Assembly (NCBI RefSeq): GCF_018977255.1
Contig: NW_024704742.1
Location: forward strand, 40,798,001-40,862,000
Source: Callorhinchus milii
Taxonomy: Eukaryota
DNA: 64,000 bases
Direction: 5' to 3'
How positions within the stretch are numbered: the first letter of the stretch is position 1; the number at the start of each line of letters is the position of its first letter. The notes beneath the pieces are model-generated. The model was not told the origin of the DNA and did not search any database. It saw nothing but the letters and a program-made list of their open reading frames with translations. Shown here piece after piece: positions 11,541 to 24,100 of the stretch. Made by a program: the position numbers and the translations under genes.

Positions 11541-11619
11541 ATATTATAATAGGACCAACTTAGTTGGTCTAGCTTCTAAAATAGAAGCTAGACCAACTAA
11601 GTTGGTCCTATTATAATAT
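11541..11619. repeat. Perfect 38-bp-arm palindrome with 3-nt loop
   Basis: ATATTATAATAGGACCAACTTAGTTGGTCTAGCTTCTA-AAA-TAGAAGCTAGACCAACTAAGTTGGTCCTATTATAATAT. Confidence 0.95.
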
Positions 11620-12647
11620 ATAATATATTCTAAATATATTATATAATATATATATTCTAAATATATTATATAATATATTCTAAAATAGAAGCTAGATATT
11701 GTGGCATTGGTTGGCGCTAGACCTGTGCCCACAAAAAAAAATTTCTCTTAATATAACAATACTTGTATTTGATCATGTCATTGAGACTTCTCAAAGCAAT
11801 TCACAGAATATACTGTAAAATTGACTGTATATTTTGTGGACAAAACACAGAAGCTAATTTCACACAGCAGTATCATTTTCCTATTAGACTCAGAGCTAAC
11901 ACTGTTCCACTTTGGCCTCATTCCCTTCGTTAATTTCTCATTTTTATACTTGAGGGTGCATTTTTGGGGCTGCAACAGAAATTCAGTCTTCAAAGGACTG
12001 ATGAGATGTTTGAACTCAAATTAAGAGATTAAATCACACATCTTTTTATTTGTAAGGAATGTTAGTCTTTCCCCCACATAAGGAGCCACTTTCATTGGTG
12101 GATTTTATGCAGACAAATAATTTCCAAGAGGAATATTTAACAATATAACTAGCTGAGGAGTAAAAATCACCACAATACAACAATGTATGGATTGGAACTG
12201 ACAAAACAAAAACAGGCAACAAACAACCAAAATTTACAAATATACTAAATGTTCTAAAGGCTTCACGACTCTTGTTACCCATCAATGTTACCTTTGATAG
12301 CCCTTTCCACTGTGACTTCAAAGCAAAGCAAGAAAAAGTAAAGCAAAGAAAGCAGATAACTTTGGAAAAATAGCAATAAGATAGACAACAGCAAATCTAT
12401 TTTTATCCTTAATAAACCCTCAAATGTCAAGGGTACAAGTTTTTGTAATCAAGTACATAGACCACTCTAATTTACTATAATTTAGTCTTGTGATTAAATA
12501 TGGTACTTCAAACCAAAACATACATGTTCTCTACAAATTAGAAATGAAAATAATACAGATTATTGCATTTATGACCATCTTATTGTAAGTATTCTTCTGC
12601 TGAGTCATAATTTCTTCCAAGAGTAGAGGCTTTAAACACTAAAAAGT

Positions 12648-12950
12648 GGAGTCCTGTAGCTCAGTGGTTAGAGCACTTGCCTTGCAAGTGAGAGACCTGG
12701 TTTCAGTTCCCGGTAGGGCGAAACCTTGGGCAAGCTTCCTTACTCCTGATAATAATCCCACAAGAAAAAAAAACAATTTAGTCATTTCAATCCACGACTG
12801 TTTGTGGGACGCTGCTGTGCGCAATTGGCTGCCGTGTTTCACTCACAAATATACAGTCAATTCACTTTACAGTGTATTCTGTGAAGCGCTTTGAGACGTC
12901 TAGAAGATGTGAAAAGCGCTATATCAAATGCAAGGATTATTATTATTATT
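12648..12950 (+). mobile_element. Full-length tRNA-Ala-derived SINE (Deu-SINE-related, ATT tail)
   Basis: A box TAGCTCAGTGG, B-box-like GGTTTCAGTTCC, body TTTGTGGGAC.CTGCTGTGCGCAATTGGCTGCC, L2-like 3' end, (ATT)n tail; highly similar to three other copies. Confidence 0.92.
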
Positions 12951-14170
12951 AAAAAGATGTTTTTGTTTAATTGTAATTCCCTGCCTGACAAAAGGTGTTG
13001 GTGTGAGATTGCACATTTCTATCCCCTGATCTACAAATTGTATCAAAACTGTAGTGCCCTTCTTCTTGAAGCTGTTTCATCACCAGACATTATTTTGCCT
13101 TAAAAATCTTTCTCCCTTCTATCAAAAACTATGTTGAAAACAATAAATGTATAACTTAATATGCCCTCCATAGGAATGTTCACTGAAGAAATAAGCAAGA
13201 AATGGTATCGCAATAAAATAGTAGCACAAAATATATTCAAAGGATATTCTTTAAATGAAGCAACAACAATTTGCACCTAATATAGCACCTTTCTTGGAAG
13301 GAGAATGTCTCAAAGCTTTACAAAGACACAGTGGGAACCCGAGGTAGGCGTACGAGAGTGTCAAAGGTGCAGTCAAAAACATGGGTCTTTAGGCAGGTTA
13401 TAAAAGCAGAGGGAGCAAGAGAGAGGATAGAGAGATGTAGGAAAGGAGTGGGGCAAATCTCACCCACCAAATATGGAGGAGAGTGGGCGAAGACATGAAG
13501 CAGGCAAGAGTTTGTATTTCAGAGCAAGTTGGTCGTAGGAATAGGGTGTTCGGAGATCACAAGAGAGACAACACTATTTACTGAAATACGTAACAATGGT
13601 GCCACTTCCTGCATACTGCTTATGTAACAATTTCCCATGCAAAAAACGGCCAACTTCCTGGTAGTCAAGTTGTTGAATCATTTCCCAAGAGTCAATGCAT
13701 AAGCGCTTCTTGCACACATCATGCATGTGCAATATGCAGCAAATTACATTGGTGTTGATCTGAAGACTCAGAAGTCGACCATGTTTAAGAGTGCTGGAGG
13801 CCAGCTGATCTGTGCGTTGAAACCAACAAGTCACTCATCTTATAAGCGAACCGCCCTTTTAGTAGAGTTCCACTCTAATTCATTGTTAATTTTTAAGGTG
13901 GAATGCTAAGGGGTAATTAAATGGAACATTTCTCAATTGATTGCATTTTCAGTTTACAATAAAAGAAGCTTTAAAATTTGGTGCAGTAATGTGACTGCAG
14001 TCCTCAAAGGGTTACGGTGCTTTCAATTCAACCAATTTAACCAGAGAAGGGCACAATAATTAATCCAGAACAGGCGGAGCAAAACAAAAACAAACCTCCC
14101 CTTTGAAGACTGAGTGAACAGAAATTATACTTGACCGCCATACTCAGACAAACAAACATACATTACTCAC

Positions 14171-14260
14171 TTCCAGACATGTGTAAGACTCCATCCAGTG
14201 CAGGGTAAATATCCTTTGCCAAACGTTTCTTAATCATATTGCTGAGTACAGGCCCAATAT
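14171..14260 (-). CDS. PROM1: Prominin-1 coding exon 7 (90 nt)
   Basis: NIGPVLSNMIKKRLAKDIYPALDGVLHMSG; tgcag|AT...GGA A|gtgagt; phase 1 to 1. Confidence 0.93.
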
Positions 14261-17215
14261 CTGCACAATAAAAAAAGTTGGGTAGTACTATGGCGTGATA
14301 AGCAATAAGAACCAACTTGGTTTTGCTGGAACAATGAATGTGAATGAAAAAAGTCAGATATTATTGATATATTCATTGTTCCATGTTTATTCCAGACATT
14401 CAGACAGTTTTTTCAGCATTTAACATTCTCATTCCTAATTTCTATTAGGAAATCAGACAACTGTTGAGAAATATTCATGTGCAGTTCATGATCTTGGCTG
14501 AATCATAAACTGCAGCCATTTGGTAAAGGACCAGAGGATCTTGAAGTGAGTTACTTACTTACTGGGGGGTGGGGGGCAAGAATAGAAGACTGAGCAAAAA
14601 AGCTGTAACAGCTGATAAAATTTGGGGAAAGAACCGCTGACTGACATGAAAACATAGGTTGGGCCATGATTAAATAATTCATATGAAGATATACTTCTCC
14701 AGGAATTAATTCAGCACCCTCTCAGCAGAGAATTTTTTTCTCTTCAAAAGAATATTTACATGAATGATACTATATCTTCCGCTTCATTGCTGCCTCTAAA
14801 GAAAGCATATTGTTTTGAAAAAGGAAAAAAAAAGCCTTAAAGCTAACTTATTTCTTTAATGGTAATATCCCTAACTCCTATTTGATGTAAATGCTTAATA
14901 AAACAAAATACATTAAAACTACTATTAAACCATGGTGAAGGAATCCTCTTTGCATTTGATGACCTGAACCTCAGTTTCTCTACTTTCTCTTCAAAATATG
15001 CCTCAGTCAAATTGATGCATGGTGTAAGCCGATTGAGGTGGTTCAGACACTGATGCAAATGAACAAGGACAGTACTCCCACGAGGGCTCTGGGGGAATAG
15101 GAAGAGATAAGCATCAAAGTTTGTGGAAGCGTATAGTAGGCATCTGTCAATGGTATGAACCACCTGGGAAAAGGCATAGCCCAAGGCAACGAACATGACA
15201 GTCCAGATCACTGAGTGCTTATCTTCTGCCACTGATGGCACAGGCAGTCTAGAGCAGTGTTGTTCAATAGAAATTAGACAAGTCACAAGCGTTGCTAATG
15301 CAACATGGTTTTAGCCACATGGACTCATTTTAGGCAAAATACACTCACACAATACAGTAAATGTACTTCATATGTATGTTTACGTGTATATTTACTTAAA
15401 CATTTACAATTCAGTATGAAACTTTGCGGTCTTTCCTTTTTTACCAAATTGATGGGCTGCTTTTCCTTTTACCTGTAACCAGGGAGAAAACGCCAGAGTT
15501 CAGCAACAATACATTACTATATGGAGAGAGGAGATGTCAACCAATCGGAATAACCACTCCAAGCCAGCAGAAGAAAGCAAGCCCAGACAATAACAAGCAA
15601 CTCCAACAGGGCACGTAATGGCAAAGGGCAAGCAGCATCCAACCTAGTTTGGGATGGAGAGCAGGGACAAATCTTCTCTTTAGTTTTCTTTCTTGAGAAC
15701 CCGTCAGATCTGGTATTTTCACCCATGTTACACACCATTTTAGTAGCTAACCCATAAGCAGTAAACAATGAAGAAAAGCACACAAAACTCTCAAAAAAAC
15801 AACCACATGCACTGATTTCCGTCTTACCATTTTACAAAAAAAAGCACAACAAGTATTAAAGTAGAATACTAAATTATCTATTAATGTTGAAAGGAAGAAA
15901 ACTACCCTAAAATTGAATATTAGTATTAAAATCACATGATCAATGACAGTGTCTATTACTCATTTTTTATTTACTAATCAAAAATGCAATTTAGCTACAT
16001 CTGGATTCTCAATTCGCACATGTGGCTAATGTATTGGTCAATGCTGGTCTAGAGTAAAGGAAGCAACCTAATTCTGAAATATACCAATGAAACAGAGTAG
16101 CCTTGGCTCTGGTAATAAGCCTGCAGGGGGCCTTTATACCCTTAAGTAATCCAAATAAATGTCTCAAAGGCTTACTTGAAGAAAATAGGTCACCCCTTTC
16201 ACTGCTGCAAGAGGATTTGGTGGCATCGTAATAACAGATTTGAAACAGACTATGGATATGGACTACGTAAAGCTGAATAAGTGCCTATATTATCTACTTC
16301 GCTTATTTAAAAAGGGATTTTTAACTGCAATATTCTTTTTTGCAAAACAATAGCTTCCCTCTCCCATTTCAGAATTTGCATGCAGAATATTGCCCTATAG
16401 CTCAAAGTTGGGAAGTGGAAAAAAATGGAATCCGTTTCAGAGGCGCATCAAAATAGCATTCAACATGATATCATACACATGTCAAATAATGTGACGATAA
16501 GTAAAGGATCCAAATCCTAATCGACAGTATCTTATCAAAATCAGTAGGCACACTTGCATAACAAAACAAATAAAAACATAAGACCATAAGAGTTTGCTAG
16601 ACAAAAGAAGACCAAGGTCCATCTAGTTCACCTTCCACCATCCTGGCAGTCGCTTGACATCTCATGTCCCAATGTAAACATAATGTAAATATTGAAACAT
16701 AAAAAGGGTTCACCTAAGAATTTGTACTTTGGTGCTTGAGTAACATAGAATAAGTTCTTTTTTAAATATGAGCTGCAAATTTCACTCATGCCAAACTTAT
16801 TTTAATAACCTAATTTTTAAACTGTGAAGATTAGATAGATCGAGTTTCAATAAAATGATTACATAAGTGGAGTATTAATTTTGTGAGTTCTCACTTCATA
16901 TCGTACTGCTGGAATTTAGGTCTACAAGGATGGTAATTTTTTTTTATCTAAAGTGAACCAAAACCATTTGTGGAAAATGATTGAAGTGATTGAAGTATTC
17001 GGTTCAGCATTTTATGTTGACGTTTTTCAATGTGTAATTATACCAAAACAATCCTGTGTTGAAAGAAACAACTACATATTGAGCAGGGCACACCAATTAC
17101 AGCCAGAAAAACTATAAAGCATGGAGGAGTATCACAGCACATGTTAATTTTTATTCTAACTGAGAAATTTATAATTCATATCAAGGGCAGCTAAAATTAA
17201 AATTTGTTTACTTAC

Positions 17216-17279
17216 TGTTAACATCTGCTAAAGCCTTGTTTTTGGTGGTGTTGTATTGTTTTATGACGTAATCAATTTG
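17216..17279 (-). CDS. PROM1: Prominin-1 coding exon 6 (64 nt)
   Basis: QIDYVIKQYNTTKNKALADVN; ttcag|CAA...AAC A|gtaagt; 110-nt intron from exon 5. Confidence 0.95.
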
Positions 17280-17389
17280 CTGAAATAGAAACAAAAATCA
17301 ATGCACTGGTTTGCTATCTTGTGAAGTGAAACATTTCAAAACATACCTCTTAAAATGTCACTGTATATTTAGCCAAAACACCTCCTTAC

Positions 17390-17510
17390 ACTTGGTGTAG
17401 CATTGATGAAAGTATGTAGGTCTTTAAAGTTGCTGTTGACCAATTTCCTGACTCCTTTAAGCTGGTCAGTTAGATTTTGGTTGGCTGCATATGTGCAGAG
17501 TGCTCCTGCC
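17390..17510 (-). CDS. PROM1: Prominin-1 coding exon 5 (121 nt)
   Basis: AGALCTYAANQNLTDQLKGVRKLVNSNFKDLHTFINATPS; acag|G...AGT|gtaagg; phase 2 to 0. Confidence 0.95.
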
Positions 17511-17809
17511 CTGTTATAATTAAAACAAAAATGTTACTTTGTTGCTTTTCCTTAAACACAAGCAGCCTCTAAGAGATTTCCAATCAAACCTTACCCACCA
17601 AACCGTTCATAAGACCTATTCAGTTGGAGAAAGGGATAGGTTTGATTTTATTAAACCATCACAGATGAAGAAAGATCTTGCATCTTTATTATGCTTAACT
17701 TAAATACTCAACAGTCTTGTGTATTGATTGTTCCTATCCAAAGTCCTGGAACATGTAGCTGCCATTCCTCAGTGGTCTTCCCAGTTCCACTACCCAAATA
17801 TCCAGCCTC

Positions 17810-18140
17810 CCTCAAACTCACCTGCACCAAGATCCACACACCCCTAACCTTAATCCTCACCAGGCTCAACGTCTCTGTCTCCCAACAGATCGACTTCAAG
17901 GTCCTCCTCCTTACCTATAAATCCCTTCAAGCACCATCCAATCTCTTTGATCATCTCCTTCTTACCTCCTCTGCTTGGCTAACTTGGGCCAACACCATTG
18001 GTGGCCAAGCCTTCAGTCACTCACCTCTCATCTCTAGAACTCACTTCCTCTATCCCTCCAGCTTATCCACTTGGTCTTTAAATTCCACCTTAAAACCTAC
18101 CTCTTCAACCAGGGCTATGGTCACCTCCCACTCCCCCCTT
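17810..18140 (+). mobile_element. Decayed L2 LINE fragment
   Basis: IDFKVLLLTYKSL...IGGQAFSH motifs in ORF 17691..18218. Confidence 0.7.
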
Positions 18141-18762
18141 TCTCAATGTTTCTATAGGCAAATGCACCCACCATTTTGTGTTACAACCGGGCCTCAAAAA
18201 CAGTCACAAAGTAAATAACCAATTAATTAGAAAGATTGCTGGCTGGGACTGGGTGAAACTACTTTTTAGAATAACATCATGGGATCTTTAATATTCACCT
18301 GAACAGGATAACAGGATTTCAGTTTTAACATCTCACCCAAAAGACAGAACCTCCAAAAATGCAGTGTTTTCCCCAAACTGCGCTGAAGTTGCCAGCCAAG
18401 ACGGGCGATAAAACATTTAAAGTTCAATAAGATCACAACAAAGATTCAACATCAAGACTACAAAGAAAAGCTTCTGCATTAATGATAGTTAGATTGCAAC
18501 CAAGTCCTTTTCATTTCGCACCTCAAATTATGAGTTATTTGAGTTTATCACAAATTGTTGTCATGCAAACAGTTCAGTAGTAAATGGAAGTAATAAAATA
18601 AGAGCACAGTATTGCCAAATTTCAAAACTACAACTCCCATGAAGCAGACTGATCACATGCACATCATATCTGAAAACTGCACGTCTCCAGACCATACACA
18701 CTTGTAACTGCCAGCGGCTCATCCATAGGTGACATGTGTTACTATAACTATGAGACCTCAAT

Positions 18763-19341
18763 ACAACAACAACAAATTTACATTTGTAAAGTGCCCTTCA
18801 CATTGGGAAGATGTCCCAAGGTGCTGGACAGACAGTGTTTCAGATCCGAGCTGGGGGTCTGGGAGAGTGGAGGGCAGGGGGCGAAGCAGGGAAGTCAAAA
18901 GCATGGTTCGAAGAGGTGAGTCTTGAGATGGGTCTTGAAGGAGGCAAGGAAGGGGGAGAAGTGGAGGGACTGTGGGATGGAGTTTCAGAGGGTGGGGACA
19001 GAGTGGCAGAAGGTGCACCCGCCAAGTGGGACGAGTGAGGCGGGGAACGTGAAGCAGGTTGGAGCCCGCTGAGCGGAGGGAGCGAGCAAGATGGTAGGAG
19101 GTTAGGAGGTCGCAGAGGTAGGGGGGAGCAAGACCATGGAGGGCTTTGAAGGTGAGGACCAGGATCTTGAACTGTATCCTCTGTATAATGGGAAGCCAGT
19201 GGAGTCGGGCGACGATGGGATGATAGGGTCAAGGAGCCTGGTGCGGGAGGGGACGCAAGCTGCAGAGTTCTGGATGATCTGCAGCCTATGGAGGGAGGAG
19301 TTGGAAAGGCCAACAAGCAATGAGTTTGCAGTCAAGCCTTG
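18763..19341 (-). mobile_element. L2 LINE 3' fragment
   Basis: NSLLVGLSNSSLHRLQIIQNSAA...; 3' tail reads (CAA)n on the plus strand. Confidence 0.9.
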
Positions 19342-20506
19342 ATAACTACTTTGCCCTGTGTATGCAATACATATATTATATATATATATTCTGACACTGT
19401 GTCAATCTAATAGAGCCTTAGATTTCTTGTATTACTTCAATTAAATGTTTTTCGGAAGGGTTTCACATGCAATTAGGATTAAATCACATATTCCACGTAT
19501 TAGCGACATGGAAATACATTAATCCAGAAATTAAAGCAATTTAGGCACATGCTCATCAAAGCTCATCACATGCCCTTTATGACTTGGTGAGCAGAGCTGG
19601 ATGCAGTATTTAAGCTGCAGTCTCACCAGAGCACTGTACAGCTTGAGTTTAATATTGTGCTTAGTAGTGATTAATATTGTTGCATACCCTATTGAGCTTT
19701 TTTTCCTCTGGTTCCGCAGTCCTGCCTAGTTAGGCGTGATCTGCTAATTTAACTACTTTGCGCTGTGCATGCAAATACAGATACTTTATCTATTCTTGGA
19801 AATATGAGACCTCTCAGCATTGATCCTCTGAGAAACCACTCAATAGGAGAATGCCATCTGGGAATCTAAACTCAATTGATTTAGCAATTTCGCCCAGCAT
19901 CCTGCTTGCCTTGTTTATTGCTCCTCACACTGTTTTGACATAGTGAGAGATTGCCAAATTAGTTCGAGTTCAAATCCCTTTCATACTCAAATGAAGCAAA
20001 GTGTTTGCTAAACATCATGGTGTCAGTATCAAAGCATGACATACAACAAACAAAAATACACGATTTCTCTACCTCATTTCCTAGAAATTACTCCAGACCA
20101 GCATTGCTGGAAATGTGGGAGCTGCTCTAAGCTGCAGTTGGTATGTAAATGGCTCCATTGCAAATAAATGGATCCCTGAGAAAAGAGCTCAAAATAACTT
20201 GGAACCTTTTCTCCCAACTGTTAAAATAGCTCAGTGGGTAAGGACTACTGAAATTACTTTTACTGATTTTCACCGATAAATATGTGGGAATGTTGGGGAA
20301 AAATGTCAATAGTGTGGTGCACTATGGTGTAAGCATCCCGATCCCCACTTTGCTATGCAACGCTGCTGACTCTGGAAATATAATGAGCATACTGAGAATG
20401 TGTTTTCAATGCACGTACAATTCGGTATGGTACAGTTAAGCTGGTTACGGCAATGGGTGTGCAATGCTAGGAATCTGGGAATGCGTGGCAGATCCATTAT
20501 GCAAAT

Positions 20507-20695
20507 CCCCCTACCTCTGCGACCTCCTAACCCCCTACCAACCCGTCCGTTCTCTCTGCTCAGCCGGCTCTGGCCTGCTCCAAGTCCCCCGATCCACCCA
20601 CCCCACCATCTCGGGCCTGAAATGCTGTACTCTGTTCAGCGCCTTGGGACGTCCTCCCGACGTGAAAGGCGCTATACAAATCTTGTTGCTGTTGT
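20507..20695 (+). mobile_element. L2 LINE 3' fragment, internally deleted
   Basis: PYLCDLLTPYQPVRSLCSAGSGLLQVPRST followed directly by the L2 3' stem-loop and tail. Confidence 0.85.
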
Positions 20696-20799
20696 CTTTA
20701 ATGTGTTAACAAAAGCAGAGACGCTACAATTATCCTCATCATTTATAGAAACTCATAGTTTAATAATCCTTCCATTTGACTTAGTATTGTATCATGTTA

Positions 20800-21135
20800 T
20801 CAGGATGTTTCAAAGCAATTCACAATATTTTACTGCAAATTATAGTGAGCAGACAATTTGCTCACAGCAATATCCCACAAACAGGCATGACATGAATGAC
20901 CAATTTTATTTCGGATATTGTTGATCAGGAGACTTGGAGAAACTCCCTACTTTTTTCAAATAGTGCCATGGGGATCCTGAACTGGTAGACAGGACCTCGG
21001 TTGGACATTGAATCCAAAGGACAGCACCTCCAACAATGCAGCATATCCCCAGCCTGGACTGAGTCAAAGTCCCAATGTGAGGTTTGAACCCATAATTTTA
21101 TGACTCAGAAGCAAGCGTACTACCAACTTAGCCAG
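20800..21135 (-). mobile_element. Old Deu-domain SINE with decayed tRNA head
   Basis: TCCCACAAACAG...AAATAGTGCCATGGG...CCAAAGGACAGCACCTCCAACAATGCAGCA...TTTGAACCC...TGACTCAGA. Related remnants near 18180-18390 and 62730-63015. Confidence 0.62.
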
Positions 21136-24100
21136 GCAGACCAATGTTTTTAGCTTTTAAGCATATTTCAAACCTTGGGTCTAATTCAATATGCAGAAGT
21201 TGTATCCAAATAGCCAAGATAAAGTGCAAAACATCTAACCAGATTGATTTAAAGCATGATTTCAATCGCTTTGTGGAGCAAGTTAGATGAGGTGCAAGAA
21301 GGGTGGAAAAAAAATAAACTTGCATCATTAATAGTCAGGTTCCAGAACCAGAAATTAGCTGTTAATTTGTTTTGGAGGTTTCTTGATTTATTTACAATGT
21401 ACCAGATGCAACTTCTACTACATAAATATCAATAAATAAATGAACTTCTTTTTTTGGGGCAAGGGGAATCTAGGCAAACTACACAGTATATTTAACACTA
21501 TGAAACACCCATAGAGTTTTGCTATCCATCACAATTAAGTAACCATAAATTTACCAGTTTACAGACATTCCAGGTTAACTTTTTTTAAAAAAAGCAGTGG
21601 AAGTTACAACAGAGACCTTAGTAAGATAAAGAATTGCCCAGAAAAGTTTAAAAGTTTTAGGTAACTGTGCACGTTTTCTCCTTCACTTCCCCTACAGCTT
21701 CAACAACTCATTAACTTTGCAGCAACCAGACATTTGTGTCTCAACACATTAGCCAGTAGTAGCATTCCTGATGTAACAAACCACAGCAGTGTCACTGCAC
21801 GGCTGTTTTCCCTCTTTCCCATTTCTGAATGTTGGGGCAAAGTGCTACACGTCAGCAGAGGAAAACCCCTCAGAAAAATCCTAAAACAGATGTAGGACTG
21901 AGCAGATCATTGTCCTGCAGACTGCAAGCACAGTACTATATTGATCACTGAATCTGTCCTTTCCCTTCAGGTATAGACATGAGTATACATGTATCCTGAC
22001 TGAAATGGACAGCTTTGGATGGCAGATAATCTGTAATTAATACATTCAAATTGCTTGATCATAGGACTTGAAGGAGTTGAGTGGCAACCATTTTACAGAC
22101 CCATTCAAGTAATCATTTCTCTGCCAACATGGTTCTGAAACATGCTGAAGCTATACCATCATCAACTTAGCAACGCACATAAACACACACTGGAGTGAAA
22201 TGGTGGGAAAATATCTCCTCTTTCCCCCTTCCCCATGCAGCCCAGAACTTTATACCAGTATTTCCCCTCCCCAAACATTCCACTGGTGTGAAACTGTTGT
22301 CAGTATCCTAACAGCCTGGAGGTTACCGTGGCAATAAAGATGCTCGCCACAGCAAAAGCCTCTTTCTTGCTTTCTCTTTGACAGTCATTCATGCAGTCCC
22401 TCTCCTCACTTGAGAGCTGACCCTGTCGTGTTTGCACTGTAAAGAGGGCAAATTCTCAGCAGGCCAGCAGCACAATGAGAAATGAATCTCGGACACTGCA
22501 CAGTGTAAACCTCACGCCTAACAGTATTGAAATCCCATGCATCTAAGTACATATTGTTTCAAGCAAGCATGAAGTGGAAAAATAAGCTTTCAAAATGAAA
22601 TGAACTGGAAAAATACGCCTTCACTTTCTAGCGAAAGTGGAAAAACTCACAGTAAATGCTCAAAGATCATGTTCCTAGGGCTCCATGCACAACAGTTGCT
22701 CTGCTATCTTGAACCATATAACGCAGAACTAATCTCAATTAAAAGCAGACAATTCATATGCCTATTTTTTCCAGGAAAGGTTAACTATCTTTGGAATGGT
22801 TAACCAACAGTTTATGCTATAGTTACATTTATCTTGATTTCCAAACACACTGTTCATTCTCAGTGCCCTGCTCAATAGGCAGATTTTCAGCATCAAAAGT
22901 GAATTCTGAGTATTTTTCATTCTCCTTCTAGGTGGAAAGGAAATTGATAGCTGGACATATTAGACGGACACAGTGACCATATTATTATGTTCATTGAGTG
23001 TCCAATGACAAGACTGAAATTAGGCAACTCATAACCATGTCCAAAGTCTTAAAAAGACTTCTTTGTTCACGTATTGTACAGCAAGGAAACCCTGTATCCA
23101 CAGACTCCGGAGGTCATTTGCGTTATCACAACAGAACAAAGGATCTTTGAAGACAAGAGAGGAGAAAAACAAAACAAGGCTCCTTTCAGAAAAATAATTC
23201 CCATGCATCTTTAAGCTATCACTCCAGCGCGCTAACTTTACTTAATACAGTACCAAAACAATACTTGCAGCTTTTGTTCTAAATTCACTACTGAGTTTTA
23301 TGCCAAGTTATTCTTTTCTATGCCTTCCAGATAAATTATTTGATACAATTTGCATGCACAAAATACAACTTGTTTTCCTTTCCCCTCTCCCTCAATGGAC
23401 ACTGCTTCATGTACTCTAATACACCCATTTATACTGCTGAAAGAACTGCAAGGGATTTATACTGCAATCTGAAAAGTTCAAGATTTCCTTCATACCAAAC
23501 TCTGGTATACAGTCAGTAATACATTCACCAACACATAACGATTCCTCAGATTGTTTTATGATGGAAAACTGACAGATGAGAAGCACAGATTCCAAAGTGA
23601 GTTGTATTTATACTGCAAATGCAGCTGACAAACACTTTTCTTCCAAAACCATCTTTCAGGAACAGATCCATGCTGATATTTTAGTTTTGCTTTAATGACT
23701 GCTAAATGTCCTGCTATAAAGGGGGCACAATTCAGTAATCCTAAAAGCATTTTTTTGGCAACATGGAAAATATCTAAGATTATCAATTACAATAACCGTC
23801 TGTGATCGTTTGCTGCAGATGTGGCATGTTGTGGATTATTATTATTATTTGTGCCATTCCTGTAAAAATTCTACAAATAGAACTTTAGAAGCTGTCGCTT
23901 TTCATTACAGAATGTTTGGCGCCACTGATGAAAGTTCATCTCTGCCATCAACCATAAGTAAACTAGGGATTAAAAAGAGACCATCACCATTATTTACGCA
24001 TTCCGAGATGCTACCTCGTATGAAGGGAGCAAATTAAATGCAAGTTTTGTTGTTAAAAACTGCTTTGGAATTAAGCAACGTGAGCGTTATTGCAATTTTT

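Noticed and set aside
15424..15935. Cluster of short hydrophobic ORFs and a donor-like site in intron 6
   Set aside because: No recognisable homology; the frame that would join exon 7 has a stop and no ATG after it
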